From assembly GCA_964016885.1 (NCBI GenBank), contig OZ024745.1, positions 130,076,001 to 130,140,000 on the forward strand: DNA of 64,000 bases. Reading direction: 5' to 3'. Below the pieces are notes generated by a model, which searched no databases, was not told the DNA's origin, and saw nothing but the letters and a program-made list of their open reading frames with translations. The translations under genes and the position numbers were made by a program. This DNA comes from Eledone cirrhosa. Taxonomy: Eukaryota. Shown here one piece after another: positions 1 through 16,524 of the stretch. Position 1 is the stretch's first letter. Every line of letters starts with the position of its first letter.

Positions 1-987
1 AATTTGACTGTTCCGCTTACAGATTCATATGACAATACACAAGTTAGATTTACAGTTCTTCGCCTGATAGCTGCATATTATTCTATTATTACTTTAAACA
101 CGTATACCATATTACAATTCTAAATTCGTAATTTTGTTAAAAATATTGCCAGCTTCGATACAGTTGACTATAAATATGTTTTCATCGCTACTTTTAAATC
201 AAATTTTCAAATCTGCTAGAAAGCTGATTTCGAAAAATTATATATCAGCAAATCCCGCCGAGGTTAACTTTGCTTTTCATCGTTACGGAGTCGATAAAAT
301 AAAGTACCAGTAATGCGCTGGCCTTGTTCCAAAAGTAGAAACAATTATATATCAACATATATTTTCCTCCCTCGGTTATTATGTTATTTTGTTGACTGTG
401 CGTTTATTGGAAGTTTTAAGGAAAAGTGTCCATAAATATTGTGTTTGATAGAATGTCCGATTTTTTCGCCCGTACAATCTGACCAGGGATTCTTTCCTGA
501 GCCATCCTAACCCCATCCCCATAGTATCAAAGCGGTGATCTCTCAATTCGAAGTAGGATCTCTACCTAGAGTGACTCTCTGATCTCCGATCTGCATACTG
601 TACCAAGAAACGTTACTTCATGAACCATTCAAAGGAACCCATTTGTTCTATACATCTAATGCCAAATCATATGCAGTTACCTATGCTTAGAGTGCTTTAA
701 GATGTATAGAAGTCAGTTTGGTTCCAAGTATCGAACACCAATCCATGCATTGATATGATCCTCTTTTTATATCAAAAACACCTTTATTAAGATTTCAACA
801 ATTTTTTGAAATTTCATCAGCTGCCAATGACGTGCCACATTTGAACACTATAGAAAGGACAGCAAACTGACTCGTAATAAACTCGTTGAAAAGACATAAG
901 GACCGACACCTTTACTAGGTAAATCTATCTAAGCACATAGACCCACACACACACACGCACACATACACACAAACACACATACACACG

Positions 988-1321
<334 letters not shown>

Positions 1322-1475
1322 ATATCTTTATTAAAATAACACATTAAAATTTGACCAAAGAATCGCTGCTTTCACCCTCAATTTGTGCTACGGTTTTTAT
1401 ATATTTATATATATATATTATCCTTATCGAGCCCTCTTCGGATTTTAGTCTATTATTACTATATATAAGGACGAT

Positions 1476-1660
1476 GGATTGGCAGTATCGGTAGAGCGTC
1501 TGACACCAAGCTTTGAAGTATAGAGTTACGTCCCTTTGCGGTCTGAGTTCAAATCCCGCCGAGGTTAACTTTGCCTTTCATCCATACGGGGTCGATAAAA
1601 TAAAGTACCAGTAATACACTGGTTAATTTGCTGGTCTTCTGCCAAAAGTAGAAACAATTA
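1476..1660 (+). mobile_element. tRNA-derived SINE family 1 (full length)
   Basis: TGGCAGTATCGG A-box-like, GAGTTCAAATCC B-box, then CTTTGCCTTTCATCC...GGTCGATAAAATAAAGTACCAG. Partial or diverged copies at ~250-346(+), 5372-5512(-), 22154-22292(+), 23043-23180(+), 36382-36525(+), 48797-48865(+). Confidence 0.88.
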
Positions 1661-1999
1661 TTACTATATATATGTGTGTGTGAGTGTGTGTGTGTATGTG
1701 TCTGTGTGTATGTGTTTGTGTGTATGTGTCTGTTTGTCTGTGTGTGTCTATGTATTATTTATACATGTACCTATATATGTATGTACATATGTATGAATGA
1801 GTTTCTCTGCGTAAAATAAATAAACATATTTTTTCTTTTTACTACAAATTCCCTCGGCAGGAAAGAAGACTCTCTGAAATATTTTAGGAAAGATCCGACA
1901 AAAAAGAGTGAGAAAAATAATGGAAATCAACACGCAATCATGGGCACACACGAAACGTCCATACAACCACACCCATGCATGTACAAGACTACACCAGTT

Positions 2000-3570
<1,571 letters not shown>

Positions 3571-3599
3571 TATTTATTCATTTATCATCATCATTGTCA

Positions 3600-3830
3600 T
3601 TATCATTGTTTTTACACCCGTTTTTCTACAACTGCATGGGTTTGATGAGTCCTTCTCAGCACAGTATTTCTCCACAACCCGCGTATCTTCCACATCTCAT
3701 CTGTTCGTCTCAGAGATATGAGATCGGCTCTCACCACCGCTGCCCAGGGCTTTCTTTTTCATCCTTTACTGTGGCTCCTTTCCACTGGGATTTTCCGGCA
3801 CTTCGTCACCCACCGATCATCATCATGTGC
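3600..3830 (-). mobile_element. Probable RTE-like LINE 3' remnant
   Basis: PWAAVVRADL...IRGLWR, followed by a short TGA-repeat tail. Confidence 0.4.
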
Positions 3831-5553
3831 ATCATATATAGTTGAGTTCAAAAACAATAGAATACAATAGAACCGTCAATACTAATTATTGTATTTAAGC
3901 TAACATTACATATCTTGTTTTATAACAGTGGACAAATATTGTCTTACTCCTAAATATGCTGGCTACTAAACCTGAAGTCTTATACAGCTACTGATCTTTG
4001 AACTTCTTATCGTTAATCAGGCAACACTCTCTAAGAACACGCATAACATATCAATAAGCCCATTGATTGAGGGTGCTACTTTTGCCAAACAATATCTATT
4101 ATAGATACGCTCCTGCAGTCATTTGATAAAACCAAGCTAGCTATCTTGTGATGATCCTTTCCAATGTCCAATATCACATGTTACATGACCGTACACATAA
4201 TGCTGTACGGGAAACACAGCAAATGACTCCAAGCCAGATGTTACACAACTGAAGAACGCCGTAATGGTCAATTCCTTTTCGCGTGATTTTAGGTTTTCCT
4301 GGATGTTACCATTTCCAGTAAAACACGAGAGTCTTCTCGATATACACCTGAAATATGCTGCGAATTTCATGTCGATATGCATTTTAACTATTAATATAAT
4401 TTTTCTTTATTCGTTTATGAGAAATTATATTCATTATTCATAACGATAAATAGATGCTGGAAAATGGAAATTATTTGTAATATTCTACAAAACAAATTAT
4501 AGCACCTTTATCTCATATAATAATGAGTTTTTGTTCCCGAAAGCCTCTTCAAATATATTTCCATTTACTATAAACAATATTTAGCGATTGTTTGCTTTAG
4601 AAGTTTCTCTAGCACAATAAAGATCTTTTTATATGTATATGTCAGAATGATTATTGAGTATTTTGAAATAAATTTAAGCACACAATATTTGAACTTTAAA
4701 TTGCAAAGACATGTAAATAACATAAAATGAAAAAAATGTTATGTATAAAGATGTATTAAAATGCTGTAATACATATTATAAAAATTGTAAAGGATCATTT
4801 CCTCAGTTCGTTAAAATAATTTTATTGCGTATATCTCTTTAACTTGTTGATGTGATTTCCAAATGTATTGCCAGCATTAAAAATTACCAAATTCAACACA
4901 AATAGATTATTCTAGAAAACAAGCTCTCTTTTCTACAATTGCCTGCAAAACTAACAGGAAGACTCAATAAGGTTACCAAAGTGTGTCAGAGGTTTTCAGC
5001 TACGGATTTTACCTGTAGTTTTCCCAAGGATCTATGTTAGTGATGATATCTGTAATGAATTACACAGAAAGCAAGATTTTCTCTATACCTATACGGTTAT
5101 TTGTTAAAAAAACGTCCGAGGTAACAGCGCCTTCTGTTTATTCTCTGTATTTCTTGATTGCATATAAGTTCTTCAAGAAGATTTTGACTTGAATAAAATG
5201 GACTTAAATGCACGCTTCATAAATAACTCATCAACTACTAATTATCACATTTTTCGGGGGTGGGGATAATTCCCATTTACTAGTAATCAGCTAAATTACT
5301 TTGATGTTACGGCAGTCCATGCACTTATTAACTTATAGTAGAATGAGATATAGAGGACGAATTGGCCCTAGATCTAGACTGGTTCTTTGTTTATCGACCT
5401 CGAAAGGATAAAAAGCAAAGTTGATCTCGGCAGGGTTTGAAGTAAGAGAACAGCGAGCCAGATCACACAAAGCACTCTATCCGACGTGCTAACGACTCAG
5501 CGAATTCACCACCATCAAAATAGCTCCACTATGAAAAAATTGATTAACAGAAC

Positions 5554-5884
5554 TTTATTAGAAATAGAAGCTTCAGCCGTATTTTTGACTAATGAAACTT
5601 TAGCTTGATAGTGGGATTTAAAACCCTCTTAAAAATAGAAAAGGATGAGTATTGACGTACATGGGAGTCAAAGACACATCTTTGGTTATTCAGACCACTG
5701 TGCTACCATTACACCAACGCATCACCCATATGGTAGCACATTGGCGTGGATAACCAAAGATGTGGGTTCGACTCTCATATAGGTCAATACTTATCCTTTT
5801 CCATTTTTAGACAGTTTTAAACCCCACTATCAGGCCAAAGTTTCTTCAGTCAAGAATACGGCGAAAGCATCTATTTCTAATAAA
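5554..5884. repeat. Fold-back element containing a tRNA-like segment
   Basis: ~155-bp arms. TGGTAGCAC...GGTTCGACTC (A/B-box-like) at ~5730-5775. Related single copy at ~17440-17577. Confidence 0.8.
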
Positions 5885-6421
5885 TTAGAAACTTCACTCG
5901 CTGTTTCAAAACAAACTTACTTGAACGACAGAATGTTCTGCAGGGAATTTAAGCTTAATTATAGATGTCTATGATCCACACTGACATTGTCATCGATCCC
6001 TTCATAATAGATAGTAAATATACGAGTCCAGTACTGAGGTCAGTTGAACCGATTTCACACGTCACTTACTAATATGTGTCAAAATGCCAATGTAGGAAAT
6101 TACACACCATATGTGTACACAATACCGGTTGAACTGTTTATAGAACCCTATAGACATATACAACTGTGAGATAGAAAACCTGTAGGGATATTTCAATTAA
6201 TCGTACATCGCATTCGTGGTCAATCACATTTTCCGGCTTTTTGTCTGTCTCTTTTTATTCCCCCTCAAATTTGTTTCCAACTGTCCCCTTTTATACAACA
6301 ATCTTTCTCCACTATTCCACACAAGAAGCAACCTCTCTTTCTCTTTCTCCTCTCTCTCTCTCTCTTTGTATAACTATATATACACACACACACACTCACA
6401 CACACAAACACACACACAAAA

Positions 6422-6560
<139 letters not shown>

Positions 6561-6574
6561 TACACACACATATA

Positions 6575-7143
6575 TACAGGGTGCAGACGGTATTTGAGGA
6601 CAGATATTTGAGGACGTATATGGTTTTAAAAAAACGCTTATATAATAACAGAAAAAACTGTATTCTAATAAAAATAACATAAAGATAAAGATAAATTATC
6701 AATTTAATAATTTCATTCAATAAAACCACCATAAGCATCAATAACTGCCTCTACACGGGGTCGAAATCGTTTACAAGCTCGGATTAAGTGGTTCTTATTC
6801 CTATCGGACATGACTCGAATTATGGCGGCTTTCAAAGAATATTTGGTGCTATGGGGGTGTTCATTGACATTTTTTCTCAACGATGGTCCATACATAGTAG
6901 TCCAGTGGATTGAGATCTGGAGAATTAGGAGGCCAAATGTTGGGGGTGATGATGTGATCATGCAAATTGTCAGCCATCCATTCTTGTGTCAACTGAGCCT
7001 TGTGTGATGGTGTAGAATCTTGTTGAAAGACATAAGGCCTTCCATTGCATACACTGTTGATCCAAGGCTTAACAACTTTATCCAGAACCTCAATATATGC
7101 AGCAACATTCACCCTAAGGCCTTCTGGAAAAAAGTGAGGAAGC
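6575..7143 (-). mobile_element. Tc1/mariner superfamily (maT/DD37D-like) 3' fragment
   Basis: YVFQQDSTPSH...WPPNSPDLNPLDYYVW (38 residues between the two Ds by my count), frameshifted C-terminus, and a TA-CAGGGTG terminus at 6575. Confidence 0.88.
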
Positions 7144-7175
<32 letters not shown>

Positions 7176-7254
7176 CCCGGGTTCAATCGGGGGTAACTAC
7201 ATTAAGTAAGGTACTCAATATATAGCAGAGTATATATATATTTAATATAGAAAT

Positions 7255-7305
7255 GGCTTCTACAGGACTAGAACTGCTTCATTCGGGAGAAATCATCAGG
7301 AAGCC
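7255..7305 (-). ncRNA. Hammerhead with GAAA changed to GAAG
   Basis: Minus strand GGCTTC-CTGATGA-tTTCtcccGAAt-GAAG-CAG(loop)CTG-TA-GAAGCC, inside a (TA)n-flanked element at ~7172-7310. Confidence 0.72.
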
Positions 7306-7694
7306 CCGTATATATACATACATGTATATATAAATATATATATATATATATATAACGGCGATGAATTAGTTTTGCGAGGTTTTTGATATGAAATCGTGTG
7401 TCGAAACAAACATTGTAATACTTGGGCGTACAATACAACGGGAGGAAAGATAATAGCACCACTGACGATGTTGCAGATGTGCAACGAAAGAACTTTGTTA
7501 GACTATATATATATGTGTTTGTGTCTATACTGCATCTGTATTTTTGACCGTTGGTCAGTCAATGGTAACATTGAGGACCGAATAAATTAAATTAACCGAT
7601 ATAAAAGACACAGAAAAAACCCAACCAAACAGTGAGTGTGTTCTGTTATTAATTCTAGCAATATTATTACACAAATATGACCCTCCCCAAGTAT

Positions 7695-7800
<106 letters not shown>

Positions 7801-8313
7801 GATGGCTGCAAACTCTCCTAAGAGTATTGCAATCGCTTGTCAGATTATAGAGTTTGGTGCACTTTTAGGCTATGGCCAGTGACACGAACCTATAACATAT
7901 CCTGAATAACCAATGCCTGTGCTTTAAAGGTTTTTTTTGCACTCAACTAATCCCACTCACTGAGTATCGGAAACAATACCCGAAAAGGAGAACCGGTCAA
8001 CATCATCGGAAGCTTCCGAAGCCGCAGGACTTTTTTTTGTTTTCAGATTCCCCTCTCCTGGAATGGTGTTGTGGCAACAACTGGGGGCTTTTCACTCCCA
8101 CGTGGGAAAAAAAGTACAATTTGGATGGCCGTTGACTCTGCTGAGTACCTCCGCCTTTTGCTGAGTCTTGTATTTCATACCACAGAGTGTCTATATAACA
8201 CTCTTTTCACCAAGCTATCTTGGTGGGGTTGCCGGTTTAGTCACCGACGACCCGACCATAAGACAGCTTGTACTGGGTTACATTTTACCAGTAGCCCTCG
8301 AGAGCGACCTGAC

Positions 8314-8370
<57 letters not shown>

Positions 8371-9397
8371 CGCGTGTGTGTGTGTGTGCGCGCGCGCGCA
8401 TGTGTGCGTCTATGTCTATATATGAATGCATATTTTTGAGTGAGAGTAGGGGTTTGTGTTTGATTGTGAATGTGTACTGTCGCTTTTACGCGTGTCACAT
8501 AAACAGTCGAAGACATGGAAAGGATACTCTCTAATGTCGGAAAGGAAATGTAGGCCGGTCTGAGTTTTAGATGACATTATATATATATATATAATATATA
8601 TAATAATAACTTTTGTGGTTTCTCTGTTGCCAAACTCCCACAAACTGTTTGTATTTGTATATAATCAAACCAATATGCATGTATTTAACCGTGATGCTTG
8701 ACTGATAAGCTTATTTGGATAAACTAAGCTATAATAAATTGTATGAGAAATCATTTAAAATGCAATATCTCTAATTTAAATTAGGTGATAAAACTCAGAA
8801 GAAATTATGTTAGAATTACTTGGCATATAAAATAATACTCGGTGATAACTACTTCCAAAACGCCCAAATGATACAGCGCAGTCTACCAGTGACAATGACA
8901 CCCTAAGACACTTACATACTAGCTTTAGCATTTTCTAAAAAAAATCATACTTACACCCACTAGAGTACACGAAATCGAATAGTTTTAGAAGCATATATGT
9001 ACAAATATAGAAACAAGTATACAAATATATACTTAGATATATTGGTCTACAGCAGAGGTTCTCAAACGTCTAGGGACAAGTCCACTCACCCCCACCCCAC
9101 CCTCAGGGCAACCTAATACCATCAACTTCCCCCAACCTTATTTATAGACAGAGCTGCCTACACACGAATTGTAAATAATATGTAATAAATAAAATCCTTA
9201 ATTTATATAATATAAATGATATAATACATACTATGGCTTGATAATGTCAACCTATGGACTGGACTTGATCTTTGCTCTTTAAACTTTGCTGATAGTGATC
9301 GAACTTTGTGGAGTAAAATATCTCATGTTGATGCGAAGTCTGCAACTGGCGGAGTTTAGTGTCAAAGTATGTATATATACTGTGTATAAATATCATG

Positions 9398-9580
9398 TGG
9401 ATTGGCTGTATCGGTAGAGGGTCGGACACCATGCTTTCTAGCATAGTTACGTCCCTTTACGGTCTGAGTTCAAATCCCGTCGAGGTTAACTTTGCCTTTC
9501 ATCCTTACGGGGTCGATAAAATAAAGTACCAGTAATGCACTGGATAATTGCTGGCCTTGTGCCAAAAGTAGAAACAATTA
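9398..9580 (+). mobile_element. SINE family 1
   Basis: Full consensus, nested in the hAT element. Confidence 0.9.
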
Positions 9581-9712
9581 TGTATGTATACTATGTATAA
9601 ATATCATATATTATGTATATATACTATGTATAAATATCATATATTATGTATATATACTATGTATAAATATCATATATTATGTATATATACTATGTATAAA
9701 TATCATATATTT
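9579..9712. repeat. Four-copy ~33-bp AT-rich minisatellite
   Basis: TATGTATATATACTATGTATAAATATCATATAT repeated four times. Confidence 0.9.
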
Positions 9713-10312
9713 TTTATTTTACTATATGTATATATATATATTTCATTTGACATTTAATTTACTATTATATCATCTCTACTCTTCCCTTAGGCCTCTGTGC
9801 CCCGTTGAACTTCACAAGCCCCCTTGAGAACCTCTGGTCTACACAATCAAATATATACATTCAATTACGTAAACACTGAGATATGCATAAAACATAAAAT
9901 TTGCAGAAATATGTCAATTTCATCGAAGATTGATGAAAAGAGTATTTGGGGTTTGATTAGTTTTAAGAACTGGTTGTCTAATTTCAGCTCAGTTGAAAAC
10001 AAAATTACTCAAATTCTAGGCATACGGGGTGGTGGGTAAGTTACATAGTTAATGTCAGGGGAATGTTGATAGAAATTAATTTACCTGGTCATTAAGCTAA
10101 TTTAATTTACATCAATTAATTTACTAAGCTCCGATTCTCAGCCATTATACCGAAAAATCTTATTATCCATTCAACCATGACATTTTATCATGGTCAAATA
10201 CACTTTACACTCTGACCTTTTTAAACATACTTTTCCAATATTATAATTTTTTATTTCAACTAATTTTGTTTCAACTAATTAACATAAACTTATCGGATCT
10301 GCACAAAAAATG

Positions 10313-10525
10313 CCAGGACGGCCCATCATCTCCATCAATGGAAAATGTGACTGTGGAGACGCTGACCAGACAATACTGCATGTTATTCTAGATCGCTCCC
10401 TCAAATGTTTTCTCGACGGCCAGGTCACAGTCCATAATATTACAAATGACGCCTTTGTCTGGCTTACCGGTCTCGAGCTGTTTCTCTAACTATTGTACAG
10501 ATGTCATACGGCAACAAGAAAAACA
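10313..10525 (+). mobile_element. Possible Ingi/Vingi-like LINE 3' remnant
   Basis: KCDCGDADQTILH zinc-knuckle-like motif, then CATACG and an A-rich end. Confidence 0.45.
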
Positions 10526-10585
10526 TTTTATACTATATATTTAGGTATTTGTATTTTTTAAGTTACCTTCCGTACATATGTTTCG

Positions 10586-10870
10586 TGGAGGCACGTAGCC
10601 TAGTCGTAAGGATATTAGACTTACGATCATATTGTCGTGGGATAATTTCCGGCGCTGAGTTGTGTGTTGTGTTCTTGAGCAAAACATTTTATTTCACATT
10701 GCTCCAGTATACTCAACTGTAAATAAGTACCAGCAATATCTGGGTGTTTAACCCTGCGATGGACTGGCATCCTGCCCAGGGGGAAGTCGTATCCTCTCAG
10801 TCACTTCAAGTCATGAAACCGGGATAAGTACCGGCTTAACGAGCGTTCTGGCTTAAGACAGACTTTAGAC
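10586..10870 (+). mobile_element. tRNA-derived SINE family 2
   Basis: tRNA-like head, TGTGTTCTTGAGCAAAACA, CCCTGCGATGGACTGGCATCCTG. Relatives at ~13407-13540(+), 14170-14410(-), 46665-46770(+), 62772-62900(+). Confidence 0.75.
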
Positions 10871-13800
10871 TTTAAATATATGTATCTCATGTCGTCCAAC
10901 ATTAACATACACAAAGCCACCAACATCATTAATTATTACACACATTTTCGTAATGTATTCTAGTTTATATTCTTCACCCCTATATGTTTCTATATTTCCT
11001 CTTACGTTTTATTTATTCTTGTAATTATTCATCCTACTATTTAATATCTAATATACTTCATTTTGATATATTCCTACCCTATCGTTGAGTCTTATCACCT
11101 CTTACACGAAAGTATTATATTGTTTCTGAAACTTTTGTCTGGCAGTCATTGGATTGGACAATAATATTTCCTTACTCTGTAAGTATGTTCTGTAACATAC
11201 GTTCTAGTTCATAATTTAGTATGTGTCTTATTACTATATATAATGTTTTAGGTGTGTGAGTATTTCCCTCAGTATTAATTAGTAATATTGCCCTATATTT
11301 TTCTACCAGCTTTTTAAACCTAATTTATCTTATTTTAATGTAATTATCAAATATTGTACTCAGGTGATATATATGGAAACCTATTGTATTTACGAACAAG
11401 AAAAGTGTCATATTTTATTAAATTACTAACACATTAGCAATAAACGTTTTAAAATTATTATGCACAAGAGAATAAACATCTGGAGGTAAAGCAACACTAC
11501 GCCTTGCTTTTCCTCACCCTTTCCTCTCATTTATAGCATTTATAGTTATTTCCGTTATGTTCCCATGCCGCCAGATCTGCCGTTCTGTACCTCTTTCTAC
11601 TCGTTTCATTTTGTTTAATTTTGTATTTATCATTTTATTTCCCATTAAATGACTCTCTCTTTTAATTTATAACACATACCAGAGCAAAGGTGTATTGTAA
11701 GATACCATAGTTTAAATATTGATTGAGATTTAATCAACAAATGAATACCTTTCTCTAATGTTCATCACCCGTACTGTATGTGCATATATCTTTTATTAAC
11801 TCATTTACACCAATTTGTATTCCTTGCTGCTGGTTTGATGGATAAATTACTAATATACGTGGCATCATGTGAGAAATATTACATGAAATTCCTCATTACA
11901 AAATGATGTGCTGCATGCATTTTCTTTAATGATACATCTAAAACTTTTCAAGATATCAAGGACATTCTCTCGTCAAACAAAAACTTTAAAACATTTTATT
12001 GAATGGTTTTAACAATAAACAACATTGCCAAGTTACACGGTTTATTAATATAGAATTTAGTAAGCGTTGCTTCTAAAAATTTTAATTTTCGACATACGAA
12101 ATTTTTAATCAGATATATATTGCTTATTCCCACAGGTTAATACTATTTTATTTGCGATAATCATTCTGTGTCAAACGAAAAGAAAATGGAGACGCAGAAT
12201 TTGATTTTTCCAGGATATTCTACTGAATTCAAAATGACAAAAGAATAAGATTTATAGAATATCACAATCCTACACCAAACAAGACTAACTTACTGGATAG
12301 TACATATCGAACATTCTGCATAAAATATTTCTACTTCGTGACGATATTTATACAGAGATGCTACCCTAATTATATGTGCGTATAAGAACTGCCACGCTCT
12401 AGACAAATTTGGAAAAGGCTCCATCATATAATTTAGCGAAAGAGATTCAAGAATTACAGTTGACACTAAACTTAACACACGCATTTTTCTGTATATTACT
12501 TAACATTCAGAAATGAATGAATGTTACTATTTCCAAAAATCAAATTGTAAGATATTAGATATAATATAAATAAGTATATTTAGGTATAGATAAGTATATA
12601 TGTGTAGATAAGTATATATAAGTGTAGATAAGTATATATCAGTATATGTTTTTCCTTTCGTTTTGTATGTGCAAGATTTCATGAGTTGAAAGGTAGTGAA
12701 TATGTATTTATATATACATACAAATATAGACATACATATATATATATACATGTGTATTTATAAATACGTATACATACATACATACATACATACATACATA
12801 CATACATACATACATACATACATACATACATACATACATACATACATACATACATACATACATTTCTATGAAGTGTTCAGAAGTCGAGTTATCAACTAAA
12901 ACCATTGCTTGTTCAAACGACTCTGTATATTTCAGAGACGATTTTATCGTTGGGGACCTGACGACTTAACGGAGTTTACGTTTGAACAAACAAAGACTCT
13001 AGTAGAAATCTGCCGGCTCAGACCGGTGGCAAATCTGACAAAAACTGAAGCTTTTTCTTGTTGAACGACAGATTGTTCGACTGCTCACTTACGCTAAATA
13101 CTTTCCTGGAATAAATATTGACACGGCCTTTCAACTTCTCAAATCTCACACTTATGAAAGGAAAAGAAAAGGAAATATACTCTACTATATATAGTCTATG
13201 CCTTCAAACTATAACAACTTTTTAAAGAAAGGATGACATCAACTAAAGGCTTTGCTTTTTCAATCTTCAACTCCGGCTAGTCCGACCTTTATACAACGCT
13301 AATTCTTTTTTTGTTATTTCCTTTCATGCATTTTTGAGGCTTTTATTCATCACACAAACACACACGCACGCATACACACATACACACACACACACACACA
13401 CACAGTGTGGAGGTGCGTAGCATAGTGGTTAGAAAATTGGATTAACAATCGTGAGGTTGTGAGTTCGATTCCCTTATCGAGCGTTGTGTTGTGTTACTGT
13501 GCAAGGCAATTTATTTCACGGTGCTCCAGTTTACTGAGTTGGTATATATTATAAGCGAGTAAAAATATCCAGAAATTCGTCTTACGTTCATTATTTGATT
13601 TGTATTTTTTACTAAACCTATATTGAATATAAAAGCTCACAGATATCCTCATGAGGTGCTGATTTTATAAGACATCATATATATCTGTTAATCGTCTTAA
13701 ACTTCCAACGGAAGTAGATGGTTAAGGAGTAAGTGTTATGCAATCAAATGCAATTACACAATTCCAAGTCGATAAGACGTTCGTCATAGCAAAATTCTTA

Positions 13801-14602
13801 CATGATATTCGTTATATAATCTATACCTATTTTATTAGGTTTGACATTGGCGCCTTGAACTGAGCAGGAAATGTTATTGCAACGAAGGTTCCCGTATCTG
13901 AGTCATTTATCTAATGCATACAAAGAAGAATTAACATTCTTGTATGCGTTTAATCTCCATTTACCTTTTATCATTTTTAAGTTTACCTTTTCTTCAGTTA
14001 CCTTGTAAGAAAATTATGAAAGAATTAAAAGTATCCAGCATTTAATTGTAATTGAGTGAAACCACTTGAGTTCTACGAACAAATAATTTCATCTACATTA
14101 CTGTAAGATTATATTTTCTGTTAAATTTTTAAGAATAGAAAAACCTTCTGGTTTTTTCATGTCTGTCTTTATGTCGGTCTCAAGTCAGAAGGCTCGTCAG
14201 GAAGATATGTATCCCGGTTTCGTTACGTGAAGTAACTGAGAGTACTACAAGACACCCTCATGACAGAACACCATCCTATCATTGGGTTAAACCCCCAGGT
14301 ATTGTTGGTATTTATTTTCGTTGGAACACCACACACAACCCAGCCCAGGAATCGAACCCAAAATATCGTGATCGTATGTCCGACATCCGTACTACTAAGC
14401 GACGGGCCTCCATTATTTACTTATGAGCATTTTATTATTTTGTATTCAGGTTATTTCTTCTACATAATTTAGAGATAGAATAATGAGTGTAAGCGAAATA
14501 TATAAGAAATGTCAACATGAATGGACCTGTTATTTTTATCTAAAGACATTTTTCCAATTCCATTACCGCCCGTCCCCTCAAACTATTTTATTTCTCATTC
14601 TT

Positions 14603-14638
14603 TCTTCCGATAAAGGACTAGGGTCCGAAACGTTAAGA
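14603..14638 (+). ncRNA. Degenerate minimal hammerhead
   Basis: TCTT-CCGATAA-aGGACtaggGTCC-GAAA-CG-TT-AAGA. Two core substitutions. Confidence 0.5.
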
Positions 14639-14722
14639 CCCTCTTCCTGCTATATCAAGCGTTAACCTAATATAAACCTTCCATATACTGTACCGATTGC
14701 GTTGTTATTTCTGTTTACCTTT

Positions 14723-14776
<54 letters not shown>

Positions 14777-14779
14777 CTT

Positions 14780-14893
14780 CGGATTTAGCAGTTGAAACAG
14801 CTGGAGCTGAGCCGTCGGGGTCCTGAATCTTTTCATATTGCCCCCTTTACTACCCCAGATATCAAGTACTCTAGTGGGTCCACCTGGTTTTTT
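14780..14893 (+). mobile_element. Family A, diverged copy
   Basis: GAAACAGCTGGAGCTGAGCCGTCGGGGTC...TACTACCCC...AGTACTCT; (TA)n on both sides. Confidence 0.65.
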
Positions 14894-14906
14894 TTACCAA
14901 AATCTA

Positions 14907-14943
<37 letters not shown>

Positions 14944-15185
14944 TACACCCCAACCGCGTACATAAACACACACGAAGACGCACACATATACACACACGCA
15001 TATATATATATATATGTGTGTGTGTGTGTCTGTGTGTGTGTCTGTGTGTGTGCGTCTGTGTCTGTGTGGTAGTTAGTATATGTAGGTGATTTGAAAAAAT
15101 AATTACTTACGACTGAATAAATGTTGGCCTCCGGCATGGCCAAGGCCTCTTTGCCGAAAGCAGTAAAGTATATTTATATTTAATA

Positions 15186-15402
15186 TTGGTTTCTTATATA
15201 GGCACAAGGGTAGTGATTTTGGGGGAGGGGAAGTCGATTAAATCGACCCCAGAGCGTGACTGGTACTTTATTTTATCGATCCTGTGAGGATGAAAGGCAA
15301 AGTTAACCTCGGCGTGATTTGAACTCAAATCATAAAGGGCCGTAACTCTTTGCTGCAAAGCATGGCGTCTGACCCTCTACCGATACTGCCAATCCACCGC
15401 CC
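15186..15402 (-). mobile_element. SINE family 1 (long variant)
   Basis: Consensus match; ATATTTAATATTG duplicated on both sides. Confidence 0.88.
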
Positions 15403-16057
15403 TCATATTCATATTTAATATTGTTGACATTGCAGTTTTTTTTTCCCTGTTCTGGTAGGAGCAGTAGAAGAAGTAGCGTAGAACGTAGCTTTCTCGAAAA
15501 ACTGTCAACATAGTGAAATCAGTCTATTTTTACTCCTTTCACTATTTTTATTGTAACTGATGTCGCTTATAGCCGAAATATCTATTTGAATATTTATATA
15601 TACATAGATGTGTGCCTGTGCATATGTGTGTAGCTTAGTGTGACTGTGTTGGGATGGGTGTTCCCGGTATGTGTGTATATATGTGACTGAAAGTATGCGT
15701 TATATGTATACATACATAAAACGAGATTTGGTGAAGAGGGAAAAGGAAAAATGATTATTTAATAATCTTTTGAATTCAATTTAATTCATGCTCTCGTATA
15801 CTATGAAAGAAAATAGGAAACTGGATATCTGAACCACAGCACAGTGACAGATATATTCGCGCAAATGTAAATAAATATTGTATTAAAAACGTGCGTTATG
15901 GACAATGTAAGCAGTGTTGAAGGATTGAACGGTTTTTAAATCGAACCCAGTTTTTAACTGACACTTTATGTTGGTGACAGGTTACTTGAACTCGGCGAGA
16001 ATTGAATACGGAATGTATATATATACATACATATACACACACACGCACACAAACACT

Positions 16058-16126
<69 letters not shown>

Positions 16127-16264
16127 TCGTTTAATGTCCATCTTCCACGCTAGCTTGGGTTAGACGCTTTTGTTCCATTTGATGCGAGAATGGTCGGGAG
16201 AGCATATCTCACTCGCACGGAAGCGTCTCTGGCATGCTTTTTTACAGATATGTATACCTATCTA

Positions 16265-16333
<69 letters not shown>

Positions 16334-16334
16334 G

Positions 16335-16524
16335 AGTGGTAAGGAACCAGGTGGACCATAACGCACCAAAGTACTCAATACTTAGGGTAGTAGAGTCGGT
16401 AATAGGAACGAGTAGGACCCCGACAGCTGAGCTCAACCCGTTTCGACGGCTAACTCTGGACTAAATTTAGTCCAGAATTAGCCGTCGAAACGGCTTGAGC
16501 TCAGCCGTCGGGGTCCTACTCGTT

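Larger units (their letters stand above)
9053..9836. mobile_element. hAT (Charlie-like) non-autonomous element
   Basis: 13-bp TIR CAGAGGTTCTCAA/TTGAGAACCTCTG; 8-bp TSD GTCTACAG/GTCTACAC; contains a nested SINE. Confidence 0.8.

Noticed and set aside
1353-1450. Minus-strand CCGAAGA...GAAA with a GACTAAA/TTTGGTC stem
   Set aside because: Mutated core, broken stem III and a TA-run insertion; too degenerate to call.
1476-1560. tRNA gene calls at SINE heads and at 5730-5783
   Set aside because: A/B boxes only, with no full cloverleaf, and embedded in repeats.
12958-13035. CTGACGA...GAAA-TCTGCC..GGCAAA-TC hammerhead candidate
   Set aside because: Core motifs are present but there is no stem I pairing; at best a decayed remnant.
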